DNA from: Podarcis muralis
Taxonomy: Eukaryota
Reading direction: 5' to 3'
Length of the DNA stretch: 64,000 nucleotides
NCBI RefSeq assembly: GCF_964188315.1
Contig: NC_135655.1
Location: forward strand, 40,238,001 to 40,302,000
Shown: one piece after another, positions 60,991 through 64,000 of the stretch
How the letters are laid out: each line of letters opens with the position of its first letter
Position numbering within the stretch: position 1 is the first letter of the stretch
Translations under genes and position numbers: made by a program
The notes under the pieces: generated by a model
What the model was told of the DNA's origin: nothing
Seen by the model: the letters and a program-made list of their open reading frames with translations, nothing else
The model's database searches: none

Positions 60991-63389
60991 TAGCTTGTAA
61001 CATAACAGGATATTAAAAGTAAATGAAACTTTAGATTTGCATGCTTTCTCCTTTTTCTCATGCTAGTGAAGGAGAAAAATTAGAATCATTCACTTCCCAT
61101 TTTAAACAAGTCACAGTTCCCTGTGATATCCAGACTCCAGGAGCAAACCATGGCTTCAGATTCAGACTTATTCTGAAAACATAATACTGCCCAACCATGG
61201 TTTTCTGTATTCAGACCTGTGGAAACAATTGTTCATTTAGAATGGAAGCAGAAATTTCAGATCTCCTCTTCTTGTCCACCAGGGAAGAGTGGAATGTGTG
61301 TTACATCTAAACTGAACTTTGTGAGATGGACTGCTTATTCTCTAACTTCCTCTTTACCTGAAATATCATACTGCTGCTATCTTTTGGCGTATCGGAGAGG
61401 TGGTATTGGCTTTTCTCCTATGAAGGATGATACTAAGCCTCTTGAATCTATTCCACTTCTTTGACTGAGAGTTAAATAAATCAATTTATTTAATATATTT
61501 ATATCCCACTCTTGATTGAAGGTCTATATATTATTACTATGTATATTTTCATCCAGGCATATCTCAGTATCCTTTATCTTTTGCGAGCTGGGTTGTAGCA
61601 CATGCCTTTTAGGTCTTAAATGTCATCTTTATGAGCAGGAAACCTGAGGTATAAAATACCAGAAGTAGGACCTCACTTATATTCCAATTGGTTCACAGTG
61701 GCAGTGGCTAAGCCAACCAGTATTAATAGTGGTTGGCATTTGCAATGCTTCCCCGGGTTCTGTGCTTCTTCCCAATAGAAATTAATGGTAGTCATTTACG
61801 TTTATGAGTTGGATAAAAGTATTGATGGACACCATGGGAACAGAGGATATAAAGGCCCTGGAAATCCCAGTTTTGTCCCCTCCCAACTACAGTATGTCCC
61901 AAACCTCAGCCCCTTTACTTTGCTCCCATAAAACTTGGAAGGAGGCACTGAGACTCGAGCCAGTCCTTGCCACAGATCTCAGGCCTTGGTTCTGTTGGTC
62001 ACCCTGGGCTAGAAGGTGATGGAATGTAGGAAACTTTTATAATGATACAGTTCCATTTGTAAACCATCTAATATGGAATTGGAGTCAATGTGATTTATTT
62101 ATTTATTAAAAGAAGGAGCCTCTTTGTCATTGGGTTACAATCTAGCAAACACAGCACAAAGACTTTCTGTTCCGGGATATAGGCTTCTTGGTGGCCTGTC
62201 CCCCGCTTGGTGCAGGCTGACAACAGACACTTCCTTCCTCTTCCTTAAATAAAGATCCTCCTTCCCTAAATAAAAGTAGCCTTGTTTATCTTTGACTGCT
62301 CTTGGGAGACTTGTCTTTTTGCTGGCCAGAGGTTAGAATTTCGCTTTAGCAAGTACATTTGTGTCATAGCTAGCGGAACATCTTGTACTGCTATCTGACC
62401 CGTTTGCCTGAGGGAACAGGAAGTATTTTTTGATGTCCTGCATACTAAGCAATTGTCCATAGGCTGCATCCGGAATCTTATCAGGATCAGAACACAAGTT
62501 GTCATTTGGGTGGACTAGAAAACAATTGGCGAACCCTGGTATCAATTGAAAATTGATACCAAGAGCTCATAAGCAGAGGGTGAAATACATACTAAGCCCA
62601 GAATCAAGTAGATCAAAATTGTCTGCACATCAACAGAGCCCCACATGACAGCCCATATGACAGCTGCTACCATAGGATAAGGTCTTGGTTATCATACATA
62701 GCAATTTTTTTCCAAACTACCACGGTCATTTTCAGAAGAGGGTGGAGCAGTGGCTGAAACCTGGAAAGGATGTGGTGTTTCCACTTTGATCTGAGAGGGC
62801 CTGGTACAGAAACATAGATAAAGTTATCTTTCTATTAGTAAGTGAGAAGCATAGTAAATCAATTTGTTGTAAGTAGTGTCCTCCCTTTGCTCCAGCAAAA
62901 AAGAAAGAAAGAAGATGCTATACTTTTATTACTTTTACTGCTCTCCTAATGTGATTGTCAAATAGTGATCCAGGAAACCCTCAATGAGAAGATATATGCA
63001 AGCTTCTCTGAAAGATGCCTGGCCCATGACTGCTGACCAATGTTCCTGGTGAGTGGAACTATAGACAGAAGTAGTAATGAGATTGCAATGAGATTTACAC
63101 ATTCTACTCATGTAAAAACACTCTGATTCCCGGACTTTCTGTGCGCTGGATTGAGAAGGCGATTGGGCCGCATCCGGCCCCTGGGCCTTAGGTTGTCTTC
63201 CCTTGACCTAGACTCTAGAGAGACCTCTTTAGATAAAGACTTGACAATTTTGAGAGCTCCACTCAGATGGAAGACTAGAGGAACCCATAGCAGTCCAAAA
63301 GCAAAATGAGGATCTCTTGGTCTCAGGGATTTCTTGCATGAGCCCCCTTCGACCCCATGCTCAAAGAATTAGGATATAAAAATACAAGG

Positions 63390-64000
63390 AAAATTGGGAT
63401 TAGCAGGAGAAGGAGGAAGGGCCAATGGATTGTTTTCTGAGCATAGTTGGAGACTGGCATGTTTAAATGTAGTAGCAAGAGGTTGAAGAGCGGGATAATT
63501 GTGGGGAAGGTATAGGGAGATCAAGGGATCACTTGGTCATTGTGGAGTCAGGGACTACAGGTAGTCAGCTCTTCAAGTGAGACAAGGAGTTAAGAGGGGA
63601 GAGAGGAAAAGAGCAAAGGATTTGGTTTTGATTTTATTACTGGAAAAGGAAAATCTTGGGCAGAGAGGAAGGAAGGAAGGAAGGAAGGAAGGAAGGAAGG
63701 AAGGAAAGAGAAGGTACTTGGGCGAGCCAGAGCAGGGCATCACAGGTAGAAATGTGGTGATGCTGAGAGTTTCTGAGAGTGAGTGGGATGTACAAGTGTT
63801 CTTTTGCCAGGTAGATGGCAGTTGAGAAGTAATATATTGACAGCAATATGGTCAGCCAACTCATTCTTCTTCAAAGGCTTTCACCAACACCAAGGATATT
63901 GCTAAATATGTTCAATAGAAGGAGCACAGCAGGAGCTTCTTCTTCATTGGGAGAGTGGGGCCACAATGTTAAGAACCATAGCTGTCAAGTGTCCCTTGTT
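63390..64000 (-). mobile_element. Old L2 ORF2 fragment containing a (GGAA)n microsatellite at 63667-63706
   Basis: The minus strand reads as decayed L2 ORF2 upstream of the RT (actacctgtagtccctgactcc...cccacaattatcccgctcttcaacctc). Confidence 0.6.

Larger units (their letters stand above)
24837..64000 (+). other. SPRED1: SPRED1 intron 1 (continues beyond the window)
   Basis: Consensus donor GTAAGT at 24837. No sequence encoding [20 protein letters not shown] (exon 2) was found by eye downstream. Confidence 0.75.

Overview
Vertebrate genomic DNA from a squamate, most likely a lacertid lizard (inferred from Sauria SINE, BovB and Squam-type SINE content). The only host gene I can support is the 5' end of SPRED1 on the + strand. 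It has a CpG island at ~22.56-25.16 kb and a 32-nt first coding exon at 24805-24836 (MSEETANSNN-D/E) followed by GTAAGT. The remaining ~39 kb is intron 1; I could not find exon 2 by eye. The rest is transposon-rich: L2, CR1 and BovB LINE fragments, several SINE families, TA-flanked mariner-type MITEs, hAT MITEs with 8-bp TSDs, and a solo LTR. Three observations stand out. (1) A strong-Kozak 25-codon uORF stops 7 nt before the SPRED1 AUG and may be conserved to mammals. (2) A fragmented fossil of an AcademX-type DNA transposon (XPG/FEN1-like nuclease motifs) lies at ~8.35-9.45 kb. (3) The solo LTR contains a dense multi-stem folding domain of ~290 nt. All family assignments are by eye, without database searches.
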